Below are positions 13,808-27,223 of a DNA stretch of 64,000 bases, one piece after another (positions within the stretch are counted from its first letter, which is position 1; every line of letters begins with the position of its first letter). Location: assembly GCF_006345805.1 (NCBI RefSeq), contig NC_043006.1, positions 21,514,001 to 21,578,000 of the forward strand. Direction: 5' to 3'. Below the pieces are notes generated by a model. It saw only the letters and a program-made list of their open reading frames with translations, did not search any database and was not told the DNA's origin. Made by a program: the position numbers and the translations under genes. The DNA is from Octopus sinensis. Its lineage: Eukaryota.

Positions 13808-14276
13808 GTGTGTGTGTGTGTGTGCGTGTGTGTGTGTCTCGAGTTGTAGCTGTAATTCAAAGGTGCCTGCCTTGTCATATTGTGTGAGGCTGAATCTCCC
13901 TGAGAACTACGTCAATGTTATGCATATCTGTGGAGTACTCTGCCATTTGTGAGTTAATTTTATCCTCGTGTGGTAATGAAAAGTGAAATTGCCATCCAAT
14001 ATTTGCTGTGTGTATGTATCTATGTATAAACTTTCTTTGGATTTATGTATCTACTGTCTCTCTCACTTTCTCTCTTTCTCTTTCACTTCCTTTGTATCCC
14101 TCTTCCCTCCTGCTTTTGATTTAACAATGTGTATATATGTATCTATATATGTCTACTTCTCTTGCGATGTAATAAACATTTAAAAACACAACATGAACGC
14201 CGTCACCACTCCCTGTCTCTTTCACTCCCTCTCTTTCTCTCTCACTCTTTCACTTTCTCTCTCAGTCTCTCTCTCT

Positions 14277-14308
<32 letters not shown>

Positions 14309-15668
14309 TTTACAACCTCTCTGAAACATTTGAAAACACCAAACGAACGCCGTTACCACTCACTGTCTCATTCACTCTCTTACTCCTTTATTCTCTCACT
14401 CTCTCAGTCTCTCACATTTTTCTCTTACTTCCTCTCTGTCCTTCTCTCTCTCACGTTGCCACTTCAAAGAAGTGTGACGCACACAACAGGTACGTACAAA
14501 AACAAAAAGTTAGCATATTAATATTATTGACTAGCTGGACTCTGAAAGTTTTACGGAAAACAAAAAAGTGCAAGCATCTTTAAACAGTGTACAAGTGCCA
14601 TGAGAAATGTTCGTATATTATGACCGTCTGTCTTTACGTTCTGAGTTCAAATTCTGCCGAGATCGACTTTACCTTTCGTCCTTTCGGGGACGTTAAATTA
14701 AGTATCAGTTGTGTACTGGGGCCGATCTAATTAACTGGCCCCCTCCACACAAACATTTCAGGCCTAGAAAAGTATATTGTGACAGTTACACAATATAGAA
14801 AGTAATGTAACACCAATGACTATATAATCCAACCAAAATATCTCAGTTATACAAACATAAACGGAATTACTATTTATCTTTAAAGTACATCGTACATATT
14901 CAAAGAACCTTAAGGTACAAATTTAAATGCAAAAGAACGAAATAATAAATGGATTTATGAATGAACGTTTGGTAAATGCGTTTATTTCCACCACGTGACA
15001 CTTATTATTGCAAACATGTTTTAAGTAACCTAAACTATACAGACACACACAAATACATTCATATATACATATATCTCGAGTTGTAGCTGTAATTCAAAGG
15101 TGCCAGCGTTGTCATATTCTGTGTGAGGATGAATCTCCCTGAGAATTACATTAATGTTATACATGTCTGTGGAGTGCTCTGCCATTTGTGAGTTAATTTT
15201 ATCCTCCTGTGGTAATGAAAAATGAAAATGACATCCAATATTTGCTGTGTGTATGTATGTATGAACTTTTCTTCGGATTTATGTATCTACTGTCTCTCTC
15301 TCTTTCTCTCTTTCTCTTTCACTTCCTTTTTGTCCCTCTTCTCCCCTGCTTTTGATTTAACAATGTGTATATGTATCTATGTATCTACTTGCGATGTGAT
15401 AAACATTCAAAAACACAAAATGAACGCCATTATTACTTACTGTCTCTTTCACTCTCTCTCTTTCTCTCTCACTTTTTGTTTTTCAAAACACAAAACGAAC
15501 GCCATTACCACTCACTGTCTCTCTCTTTCTCTCTCACTCTGTCACGCACACTCCTTTTCTCTCTTACTTCCTCTGTTCTGTCTGTCCCTTTGCCTCTTCT
15601 TTGAAGTAATTGTTACGCGCACGACAGGTACGCACAAATACAAAAAGCTAGCGTATTAATATTATTGA
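13615..15668. repeat. Diverged local tandem duplication (13615-14530 vs 14915-15668)
   Basis: Colinear homology from tacaaatttaaat...ccacgtgacacttattattgcaaacatg to tagc(a/g)tattaatattattga, including a shared SINE-tail relic. Confidence 0.85.
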
Positions 15669-16329
15669 TAATAATCTCCAACACTATCATCATCGAGATA
15701 TTGGTGGTGGTGGTGGTGGTAGGCGGTGATCGTGTTGGTGTTATTGTCGGCTGTAATGTATGAGACCATAGTGATAATAGTTTTGGTGTTGTTATTATTA
15801 TTATTGCTAATGGTGGTGATAATAGAAGTAATGGCTTATGCAGAGGAAGAAGAGCAACCTCTATGACCCTTTTAGTGTCTTCTCGGTCTCACGGATAAAA
15901 GAGTAGAAATAATTCCCAATCCGAAGGCCAGAACCAAATGCTTGCAACAGGGTCTTTAGTCTAATGGACTTCACAAAAGATATTTGAGGCGTAGGCAATA
16001 GTGGTGGTAGTTTAGATGGTAGTAGTGGTGGTGACTGTGGAAGTATTACTATAGGTTGTGGCGTGGGTAGTGTTGATGATGATGGTTATAGTGGTGGTGC
16101 TGGTGACGGTGGTAGTAATAGGAATGTAGATGTTAGTGGTGTTGATGTTGGTGGTGGTGGTGGTTGTCCTCGTCGTAGTAGTCATAGTATTGGTGGTCAT
16201 GATGTGGGTGGTGTAGATGGCTATATCGATAATAATGAGGATGATGAGCTGCTTCAACTCATAGAATTAAGACTATACCGAAAAGCTACCGAAAAGCATC
16301 CGAATCACCACAAGCTCTACCACCACGAC

Positions 16330-16520
16330 GTTCAAAAAGAAGTGGAGAAATTATTAAAGTACAAAGACCTCGAAATTGAAGCAATTGGAGCATTGGACAT
16401 GATATAAAAATAAACATATCAACAAAAGCGTAGAAACTATACCTGGATCCTCAACGCTACACACTATCCAAAAACTATCCCTGCAAGGAACAGCCCACAT
16501 CCTATGCAAGACATTACCAA
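16330..16520 (+). mobile_element. Old R4/Dong-like endonuclease C-terminal fragment
   Basis: KEVEKLLKYKDLEIE..IGALDMI, followed by a decayed IQK..LQGTAHIL. Confidence 0.65.
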
Positions 16521-16868
16521 TTCAATAATGCAACCTAAGCAAAACAACCCACAAACACAAGACATTCTATACAGCAACTGTTCAGTAAAATAAACTTTCA
16601 CCAGCAATCCAGGTAACCAACATATTACACACCCAACACGCAATACAAGCAGTAATACAACGAAAGACTGCACTACACCTCAAGAGGGAAAAAAAAACTA
16701 ACAGAATACTTTACAGGGAAGATTTTGCACACTCCCAACAGCAGTAAAAGAAATACAGAATGCTGCACACACCCAGTAACACGGAGTGTAGCAGGCGATG
16801 CAGTAGAAATTTACCTCAAACCATCAAATGTTGAACTATTATATAATAATAATAATAATAATAATAAT

Positions 16869-16917
<49 letters not shown>

Positions 16918-17005
16918 GGATACTCAGGAGGGTTCTTGGCATCTAGGGTTACTTGTAGCCCGATGTTACGAATTTTTGTTTTCTAACAATCTAATCTATT
17001 GTGAG

Positions 17006-17063
<58 letters not shown>

Positions 17064-17154
17064 GTAGTAGTTGTAGTAATAATAATAATAATAATAATAA
17101 TATAATAATAATAATAATATAATATAGTAATAATAATAGTAAAATAATAATAAT

Positions 17155-17188
<34 letters not shown>

Positions 17189-17238
17189 GTAGTAGTAGTA
17201 GTAGTAGTAATAATATAATAATAATAATAATAATAATA

Positions 17239-17276
<38 letters not shown>

Positions 17277-17384
17277 TCACAACAAATCACAGCATCACAA
17301 CAAATCACAGCATACACCTAAGGCACACAGAGCTGTGCTCGATAGTGAAGTGAAAGCACGCTATAAAAATAAAACTACTGAATG

Positions 17385-17385
<1 letters not shown>
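17277..17385 (+). mobile_element. Short 3' UTR fragment of the same Dong-like family in (TAA)n
   Basis: Reverse-complement match to 23399-23490 (ggcacacagagctg...gcacgctataaaaataaaactactgaa). Confidence 0.85.
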
Positions 17386-17442
<57 letters not shown>

Positions 17443-17444
<2 letters not shown>

Positions 17445-17999
17445 GCCCTGATGCAGTACCAGGCAGTGGCTCTCATGGCTTCTGATCTTAACTGATTGGA
17501 AGTGTTATCATGTACATTGTTTTGTCTTGGTATAAAAGATGGGCTACAGCAAATATTCTGCTCAATACCACAGATTTGCTTGTCAGTTGTTTGACCTTAA
17601 CCAGTTGAGCATGTCCCTTAGTGGCTGACGATATGTGCATCTCTGATCACGAGCAGAAGTAGTGGGGGAGCATCATAGCCATGTGTTGAGAGGGATTCTT
17701 TGGGGCTGGAATAGTTCACCTCTGGAAATATGGGTGGTTCTTTCTACATCCTTAAACAACCCTTATCCAGGGACCTTTTGAGCGGGATGGGCTACTCAAC
17801 CTGAAGAAAATTCTAACTGGGCGCCACCTGCAAGGTCATGTGCTGTTTATCTTGATATGAAATCACCATGTCGCGCACATATGGTTGTGATGCATGTGCC
17901 TGGTGTACCCTTATCAGACGGGTAGTCATCATGGGTATATTGGGCTTCGTATATTTTACCCCAGTGTCACTTTGATGGCATGAACTGCTCTCTCACTCA
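17443..17999 (+). mobile_element. ~555-bp non-coding element inserted in (TAA)n (non-autonomous retroelement-like)
   Basis: High similarity to 22740-23267 and to the reverse complement of 8120-8600. All copies end ctctctcactcaataataa and are flanked by TAA/TAG triplet repeats. Confidence 0.85.
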
Positions 18000-18011
18000 A
18001 TAATAATAATA

Positions 18012-18055
<44 letters not shown>

Positions 18056-19314
18056 TAATAATATAATAAAATAACAATAATAATAATAATAATAATAATA
18101 AAAATAATAATACTGAATAATAATAACAATAAAATTCATCACTGTTACACCGAACTCCACAATCAAGAACACAGACAAGATCATAACGGATTTATCACCG
18201 TTTACCGCCAACATAACCACTGCCACTGCAATCGTTAATACCAATGACATCATCACCAACACAAACATCATCAGCATCCATTACCAATACCTCTATTCGG
18301 TAAATCGAAATACTGTCACCATCACCACTACCACATCTGTCATCATCACTATCTTCATTACCACCGCTGCCATGAGCATCATTAGTTACCACCGTTGTAA
18401 TCGGTACCACCGTTATCAAAATCCATAAAAGCAACCAGACATATAACCACCCCCCCTGACAACAAAAAGAATATTGTCAATGTCTCATTACCACCACAGT
18501 TCCCCCACCATCACCACCACCACCACATTCATTACTAAGGATATCATCATCATCATCATTATCATCGTCAATACCATCATCAATATCCATCACATGCACC
18601 ATCGCTATCAAAATCAAAATATTCCACCATCACTACCGTTTCCAGGACCAACACCACTGACACCACTGACACCGCCAACACCGCCGACTTCACCCTCGTG
18701 TGAGCGAATTCTGTTCAATTGTGAAAGTCACTTTACTTTGAATTTGACTCTGCACTTTGCGAAATACCCGGATGACAAGAGAAAGTCATAATCAACGGCT
18801 ATTCAAAATGGTCGCCAGTTTAAAAGGAAGTCTGATGTTTTCCATCACAGGTTCACTGCATACACAAAATGAAATGAATATGGAAACAACACAGAATAAA
18901 AAAAATAATAATTAAAATTACGCTGATACAAGAAAGCAAATGAAATCACGATTTCATTTGGCAGGTGGAAAAATATGGACTTTCTCAAGAGAGAACAAAC
19001 CAATATTCATAACATGCTCGTAACTAAGAACTCGTTAATATTTTTCTTTATGCTTTTTTTCTTTCTACTGATTTCAATCACAGTATTACATCCATGATGG
19101 AGCATCATCTTCAAAGGAGGTTTCTAATCATTTATATCAATGGTAATATTTATCAGTAGATATTCCCGGGGGAATACGAAATGTTAAGTCATTATTGAAG
19201 GAAGGGGAGATAACTGAGTCACACTTAAATAGTGCAAATATTTTTGACAGAGTATCTACACATATACACACACTCACTTACACATAGATACATTATATAC
19301 ATACGTATATAAAT

Positions 19315-19401
<87 letters not shown>

Positions 19402-19525
19402 GGCGGTGGCCCAGCATGGCCACAGCTCATGAGCTGAAACTGGAAAAATCAAAATAAAAAAAAATCATATATATATATATATATATATATATGATTTTTT
19501 TTTATTTTGATTTTTCCAGTTTCAG

Positions 19526-19578
<53 letters not shown>

Positions 19579-19799
19579 TATATATTATATATTATATATA
19601 TATATATATATTATATATATATATATATAGATGACAAAGGAATAAATTATCTTATGACCTTCATTAACTTATAGCTCTTTCCACTATAAGATGTGGTGCA
19701 TTCATTGTTGAGTACCTGATTAACGCGCCTTACAGTTCCATCGGAACTTTAAATAGGAAGTGCAATTATTCGGGAAAACAAATACTGTGTGTGTATGTG

Positions 19800-19850
<51 letters not shown>

Positions 19851-20700
19851 GTGTGTGTGTGCTTAACCGTCACTCTAGCAAGAGAGTATGACCTGGGATT
19901 TTTTACGTCACTTTTATGAGTTTAAGGTACCTACGTAGTAACTAGCAAACGCAGTATACTCTCTTGACCCCTTCACATTTCACCTTTGACCCAGCGAAAC
20001 ATTAAGGTTTTAACACCTGGAAGGGGAGGGGGCTTTGCCAGCACCAGGTTCATTTGCAGCTTAGTAACCCAAAGGAACGTGAAATGAAGCACCTTGCTCA
20101 ATGATACAACACACAGCACTGTCCGAGAATTGAACCTGCGAACTTATAACCTTATAATCGTAAACATAACAGCCTAAACACCTGACCACACTCCTTCACA
20201 CGTACATACATACCCACAGATATACATACATATATACATACATAGTATACACATACGTAGTACATACATACACACACATGTACGTACATACATACATTTC
20301 ATACATGTATACATATATACATAGTAAATACATACATACATGTATGTATGTATACATATGTATACATGCATACATACATACATGTAAGTATGTATGCACA
20401 TATGTAAAAGGTGTTCGGGCTAATTTTGAGAATTTGCATAAAAGGAACAGATAGCACAATGCCCCATCTAAAAATAAAGGTATTTTAAAGTATCTAAAAA
20501 TATCAACTATATCATGACTGGGAGATAACCGTCCTCGACTTCCACAACGTCCTGAAGACGGCTCCGGAATTTGGCGCATACGCTCCTCACTGCGTCCCTG
20601 AGAAGATCTTCGAACATCATGGTGAACTTGGCTCCTTGCTTGGCTTTGGTGTTGCAACAGAACAGTTGGTGTCTTTCTCAACGGTTCCCTATACATAGTA

Positions 20701-20931
20701 GGCGGAGAGCTGGCAGAAACGTTAGCACGTCGGGCGAAATGCTTAGCGGTATTTCGTCTGCCGTTACGTTCTGAGTTCAAATTCCGCCGAGGTCGACTTT
20801 ACCTTTCATCCTTTCGGGGTCGATAAATTAAGTACCAGTTACGCACTGGGGTCGATGTAATCGACTTAATATCTATGTCTGTCCTTGCTTGTCCCCTCTG
20901 TGTTTAGCCTCTTGTGGGTAATAAAGAAATA
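20701..20931 (+). mobile_element. SINE family B with 17-bp TSD
   Basis: Flanked on both sides by ggttccctatacatagt. Confidence 0.92.
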
Positions 20932-21637
20932 GGTTCCCTATACATAGTTACCCATGGGATTAGAATCAGAAGATGTCAACACAATTTTTTGAGTCTCATA
21001 GATCGTTGGTTTCCAGGGGACTTGGTCAAAACATTTGTCACTACCTTTCTTGATCATTCCCTGTGCACCTGTAACAGGGATGATTTTGGTTTTTAATTGC
21101 CACGTCCTAGATATCTCAATCTCAAAATCCTTATATTTCGACAGTTTTTCAAATTTCATTTCCTAAAATATTTCTATCAGCACTGTCATATCAATTAACT
21201 GGCATGTATTTTGTCTTATGTACTTGATGACGATGTCTGATATGTTGGCACTTCTTTGCCTATCTGTATGTATCCCATAATCCCATAGAATCGTGACATT
21301 TGCTCCTTCAGTGACTGGCTCTGGATGCTGTTCATACCAGTTGTAGGGTGTGGGATATCATAGTGACAGCATGCGTTACAGTGCAAGTACTGGCCAACTC
21401 GATCATGCCTGATTTTATATTCTGCAGGGGCTAAGATTGAGCAACCGGCAACAATGTGGTCAATACTCTCGAGTTCCTCATTGCAGAGTCTGCACATTGT
21501 GTCTACCTTATTGTGTGTGGCATTAGCTTGATAATTACGTGTGAGGAGACTCTGATCTTGTGCCGCTAGGATATATCCTTCTATTTCGGCTTTCAAACCA
21601 GCATTCTGCAACCACAGATGGGTTCTTTTGATATTTG

Positions 21638-21847
21638 TTTCTTTATTGCCCACAAGGGGCTAAACATAGAGGAGACAAACAAGGACAGACAAAGGGATTA
21701 AGTCGATTACATCGACCCCAGTGCGTAACTGGTACTTAATTTATCGACCCTGAAAGGATGAAAGGCAAAGTCGACCTCGGCGGAATTTGAACCCAGAACG
21801 CTAAACATTTCGCCCGGCGTGCTAACGTTTCTGCCATCTCGCCGCCT
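21638..21847 (-). mobile_element. SINE family B inserted in the Dong-like remnant
   Basis: TSD tcttttgatat at 21624 and 21851. Confidence 0.9.
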
Positions 21848-21850
21848 TAA

Positions 21851-22272
21851 TCTTTTGATATCTACATCATCTTTTGATATCTACATCATCTTTTGATATC
21901 TACATCATCTTTTGATATCTACATCATCTTTTGATATCTACATCATCTTTTGATATCTACATCATCTTTTGATATCTACATCATCTTTTGATATCTACAT
22001 CATCTTTTGATATCTACATCATCTTTTGATATCTACATCATCTTTTGATATCTACATCATCTTTTGATATCTACATCATCTTTTGATATCTACATCATCT
22101 TTTGATATCTACATCATCTTTTGATATCTACATCATCTTTTGATATCTACATCATCTTTTGATATCTACATCATCTTTTGATATCTACATCATCTTTTGA
22201 TATCTACATCATCTTTTGATATCTACATCATCTTTTGATATCTACATCATCTTTTGATATCTACATCATCTT
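21851..22272. repeat. 19-bp minisatellite (tcttttgatatctacatca) x~22
   Basis: Perfect tandem array starting right at the end of the SINE. Confidence 0.97.
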
Positions 22273-22669
22273 CCCCAGCTCATTTGAGGTATTGCTCATG
22301 CAATGGTTTTTCTTTCCACAGTCTCGACATTACCTCCAAGCTTTCCTGTTTAGCTTTTCTTTTACACGTTTTTGCTGCCTTAGTGGGTGGTGTGTCGTCT
22401 TTATCATCATCATAATCAGGCAGGAAAAAACCCTCGTCTGTATTTATATGCTTCCTTTGAGATTGAGTGCAGTTTCTTAATCGCTTCTTGCTGCTTTATC
22501 TGCTGTATCATCCAGCCGGTGTTACTTTGGATGAACACTTGGAGCCCTATCGTGCTCGTTTTATGGAAACTTCAAGTTGGATTAGGCCTCTGCCGTCTTC
22601 CTTTCGTGAAAGAGTGAAAGATAGAACCAGTGGACGTCTGATTTTAGGCGATTATATTATTATTATTAT

Positions 22670-22728
<59 letters not shown>

Positions 22729-22739
22729 ATAATAATATA

Positions 22740-23267
22740 TGCCCTGATGCAGTACCAGGTAGTGGCTCTCATGGCTTCTGACCTTAACTGATTGGAAGTG
22801 TTATCATGTACGTTGGGCTACAGCAAATATTCTGCTCAATACCACAGAATTGCTTGTCAGTTGTTTGACCTTAACCAGTTGTGCATGTCCCTTAGTGACT
22901 GACGATATGTGCATCTCTGATCACGAGCAGGAGTAGTGGGGGAGCATCATAGCCATGTGTTGAGAGGGATTCTTAGGGGTTTGAATAATTCACCTCTGGA
23001 AACATGGGTGTTTCGTTCAACATCCTTAAACAACCCTTATTCAGGGACTTTTTGAGCGAAATGGATTATTCGACAAGAAGAAAATTCTAATTGGGCGCCA
23101 CCTGCAAGGTCATGTGCTGTTTATCTTAATATAAGATCATGACACACATATATGGTTGTGATGCATGTGCCTAGTGTACCCTTATCAGGTAGTCATGATG
23201 GGTATACTGGCCTTCGTATATTTTACCCCAGTGTCACTTTGATGACATGCACTGCTCTCTCACTCAA
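22740..23267 (+). mobile_element. Second copy of the (TAA)n-associated non-coding element
   Basis: tgccctgatgcagtaccagg...ctctctcactcaataa. Confidence 0.85.
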
Positions 23268-23311
23268 TAAAAATAATAATATAATAATAATAATATAATA
23301 ATAATAATAAT

Positions 23312-23350
<39 letters not shown>

Positions 23351-23398
23351 TATTATTATTATTATTATTATTATTATATTATTATTATTATTATTATT

Positions 23399-23702
23399 CA
23401 GTAGTTTTATTTTTATAGCGTGCTTTCACTTCACTACCGAGCGCAGCTCTGTGTGCCTTGGGTATGTGCTGTGATTTGTTGTGATGCTCTGATGGTTATT
23501 GTATGGAAGTGTTCTGCGTAGGATGTGTGCAGTGCCTAGTAGTGCAATTTTCTGTATGTTATATGTGTTTGTAAGTCCTGGTGTTTTTGTTATGTATTTG
23601 TCTGAATATTTTTTTATCATGCCTAATGCACCTACTATGATAGGAATTGTTTCTGTTTTCAGATTCCACATTCTAGTTGCCTCTATTTCCAGGTCTTTGT
23701 AT
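23399..23702 (-). mobile_element. 5'-truncated R4/Dong-like 3' end embedded in (TAA)n
   Basis: YKDLEIEATRMWNLKTETIPIIVGALGMIKK...IQKIALLGTAHILRRTL, then a 3' UTR ending actactgaataataa. Confidence 0.88.
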
Positions 23703-23800
23703 TTATTTTGTATTTATTATTATTTGAATTTATTATTTATTATTTATTATTATTATTTATTATTTATTTATTATTCATTATTATTATTTATTATTATTTG

Positions 23801-23858
<58 letters not shown>

Positions 23859-24427
23859 CATTATTATTGAGTGAGTGAGTAATGGAGCAGTGCATGCCAT
23901 CAAATTATTATCATTATTTATGGGTTAACGAGGCACCCAATGGTTCCATGTGAGGATCTTCACAATTGTTTAAGAATACCATATCGAAATGTTGGTCTCC
24001 ACTTTGGATGTACATATATGTACATTGATACATACGCATATACATATGTGTGTGTTTGTGTGTATATGTGTGTGTGTTTGTTTGTGTGTGTATGTGTTAT
24101 GTCTGTTGAGTCTGTGTGTCTCTGTGTCTGTCTGTGTGAAGACGCATGGCTCACTGGTTAGTGTGATGCACTCACGATTGCTAGATCCTGGCTTCGATTC
24201 CAAGACCGGGCGTGGTGTTGTGTTGTCGAGCAAAAAACACTTCATTTCCCGTTACGCTGCGATCATTTCGTCATTTGACGTGTGGCACGTCGTGCACCTG
24301 TTCAGGTGAGGTCGATTTGATGGAAGTGGTGAGCTAATGCGAATACAAACATTTGATTACTATAAACGAGTCGACTATGGAGTTGTTCAACAAGAAATTG
24401 CAGGAGAGTCCATGGTGTATATATATA

Positions 24428-24495
<68 letters not shown>

Positions 24496-24496
24496 G

Positions 24497-24533
<37 letters not shown>

Positions 24534-24548
24534 ATATATAATATATAT

Positions 24549-24581
<33 letters not shown>

Positions 24582-24598
24582 TTATATTATAATATAAC

Positions 24599-24629
<31 letters not shown>

Positions 24630-24829
24630 TAATAATAATAATAATAGTGAATATTATTCCAAACTTACAGGGAAAAATTCAATTTAGAAATACTAAATCA
24701 AATTTCACAATATATGATATTGTTTTTATCTTATATTTAATTTTTTTCTATATGGTATAATTTAAATTTTGCATTGTTGAATTGATAAAAGGTGGGTTTT
24801 TTTCTAATTAATATATATATATATGTGTG

Positions 24830-24869
<40 letters not shown>

Positions 24870-25205
24870 CATACATACATACATACATACATACATACAT
24901 ACATACATACATACATACATACATACATACATGCATGTATATATACATAAATACATACATATAAACAGTTATATGCATACATCCATATATGTATATTGTG
25001 CTTTGAGTGCGGGATCTGCCAACATTATTTACCTCACTTCAGTTTCATCATCAATTAATTAGATAATTAGTCGATTAATTAATTGATTAATTAAATAATT
25101 ATCTAATAAATTGGCAATGAGACTGAAATTAATCAATGAGTGGTGGTGGGCGCCAAAAGCAAGGCTCTCCGAAAGTTCAGTGACATCGAGAATCTTACAA
25201 TTATG

Positions 25206-25289
<84 letters not shown>

Positions 25290-25642
25290 ATGCATATGTG
25301 TATATCTTTCTGTCTGTGTGTCGGTGTGGCTGTGTAAGTTTGAGCGTGAGCGTGTGTTACAAGTCCATTATATTGTAATTATTTGATAATGCCTAAACCA
25401 ATATTTCTAATGCTGCTAATTTTCTGATGTACGTTAGGTAATAACCAAATAAGACTCGGTCTAGAATAAAAGAGTCCATTGTATATAGGACCCTAAAATA
25501 AAACTTTGCGTAAAATTAAGCTCCCACTCGATAATTTAATCATGATGAGTCGTCGATTTGCTCTCCCATCCGAGATATGTTGACAGGAATAACATAAGAG
25601 AGATTGCCTCTCTTATCAGCTCGCAGCGCTACCATTCAGTTC

Positions 25643-25690
25643 CTGTGACTGACGAGGAGATAACCACTCCGAAATGCTAGCCTCTCATAG
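25643..25690 (+). ncRNA. Type I hammerhead ribozyme, intact core
   Basis: ctgtga CTGACGA ggag ataacca ctcc GAAA tgctagcc TC tcatag. Stems I and II pair; stem III has one mismatch. Confidence 0.8.
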
Positions 25691-25842
25691 TCTGGGTAGG
25701 TGACACTGCGAGCTTATTTTAGTGTATTTACACCATTTGTCTGTAGCGAAAAATTTTCTGCATGACAAAGCACAATGAATAGTTTGTTTTCAAGTCCGAA
25801 CGTGCCACCAGCATATTCGAACTGGTAATAATATTGCGCAGT

Positions 25843-26170
25843 GAGGGCGCGTGGCTTAGTGGTTAGGGCATTCGGTTCATGATCGTAAGGTTGTGAGTTC
25901 GATTCCCGGCGATGCGTTGTGTCCTTGAGCAAGACACTTTATTTCACGTTGCTCCAGTCCACTCAGCTGGCAAAAATGTGTTGTACTTGTACTTCAAAGG
26001 GTCAGTCTTGTCACTCTCTGTGTCACGCTGATTATCCCCGAGAACTACGTTAAGGGTACACGTGTCTGTGGAATGCTCAGCCATTTGCACGTTAATTTCA
26101 CGAGCAAGCTGTTCCGTTGATCGTATCAGCTGGGACCCTCGTCGTCGTAACCGACGGAGTCTTTTTTTTT
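25843..26170 (+). mobile_element. tRNA-derived SINE family C
   Basis: A box tggcttagtgg, B box gagttcgattccc, CORE-like ccttgagcaagacac, TSD taatattgc. Near-identical to 51777-52099. Confidence 0.9.
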
Positions 26171-26344
26171 TAATATTGCACAACAGAAAGAATGTAACTA
26201 GAGTGAATCCCATGCTATAAAATATATGAACTCGACGAAACCGGTTCGACTACAAATTGGGTTGTAATCAGTATATTGAAGATGCAAAAATATACTTGTA
26301 ACCGAATATATATATACATACATATATACATATATATATATATA

Positions 26345-26515
26345 GGCGCAGGAGTGGCTGTGTGGTAAGTAGCTTGCTAACCAACCACATGGTTCCGGGT
26401 TCAGTCCCACTGCGTGGCATTTTGGGCAAGTGTCTTCTGCTATAGCCCCGGGCCAAACAATGCCTTGTGAGTGGATTTGGTAGACGGAAACTGAAAGAAG
26501 CCTGTCGTATATATG

Positions 26516-26548
<33 letters not shown>

Positions 26549-26774
26549 TTATATGTTTGTGTGTCTGTGTTTGTCCCCCTAGCATTGCTTGACAACCGAT
26601 GCTGGTGTGTTTACGTCCCCGTCACTTAGCGGTTCGGCAAAAGAGACTGATAGAATAAGTACTGGGCTTACAAAGAATAAGTCCCGGGGTCGATTTGCTC
26701 GACTAAAGGCGGTGCTCCAGCATGGCCGCAGTCAAATGACTGAAACAAGTAAAAGAGTAAAGAGTAAAAGAGTA
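26345..26774 (+). mobile_element. SINE family A
   Basis: Full-length copy. Confidence 0.9.
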
Positions 26775-26779
26775 TATAT

Positions 26780-27084
26780 CACCGTGATCACCGTGACCGA
26801 CCAGGCTATCAGATGTTGCTACACATCGATGGTCACAATGCGCTTCGCATTGTTTTAGCCTTCAAATGACGCCACCCCGCTGGCTAAGCGAGGAGGCCAA
26901 CAGAAGAAAGAATGAGAGAAGGTTGTGGCGAAAGAGTACAGCAGGGATCGCCACCATCTCCTGCCGGAGCTTCGTGGAGCTTTAGGTGTTTTCGCTCAAT
27001 AAACACTCATAACGCCGGTCTGGGAATCGAAACCGCAATCCTACGACCACGAGACCGCTGCCTAACAGTGGGCCATTGCGCCTC

Positions 27085-27086
<2 letters not shown>
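26780..27086 (-). mobile_element. SINE family D' (D head, different tail)
   Basis: Same head as family D; the tail ends ...gatagcctggtcggtcacggtgatcacggtg. Confidence 0.85.
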
Positions 27087-27180
<94 letters not shown>

Positions 27181-27223
27181 CATATATGTGTATATATATA
27201 TATAATATATATATGTGTATATA

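Larger units (their letters stand above)
20950..22600 (-). mobile_element. R4/Dong-like non-LTR retrotransposon remnant (CCHC plus restriction-like endonuclease), interrupted by a SINE and a minisatellite
   Basis: ORFs read LKAEIEGYILAAQDQSLLTRNY...CRLC...ESIDHIVAGCSILAPAEYKIRHD and EKLSKYKDFEIEISRTWQLKT, the typical R4-clade C-terminus. Confidence 0.85.

Noticed and set aside
15700-18791. Gly/Asp-rich or Thr/His-rich ORFs (16063-16407, 18474-18791)
   Set aside because: They are degenerate GGT/GAT/CAC trinucleotide tracts; only the KYKDLEIE part is a retrotransposon relic.
21851-22272. CRISPR-like short repeat arrays (also 6515-6617)
   Set aside because: Units are contiguous with no unique spacers, there are no cas genes, and the context is eukaryotic.
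25843-25915. Functional tRNA genes at SINE heads (also 36787, 38692, 51777)
   Set aside because: A and B boxes are present, but they continue into SINE bodies with tails and TSDs and lack a proper acceptor stem.
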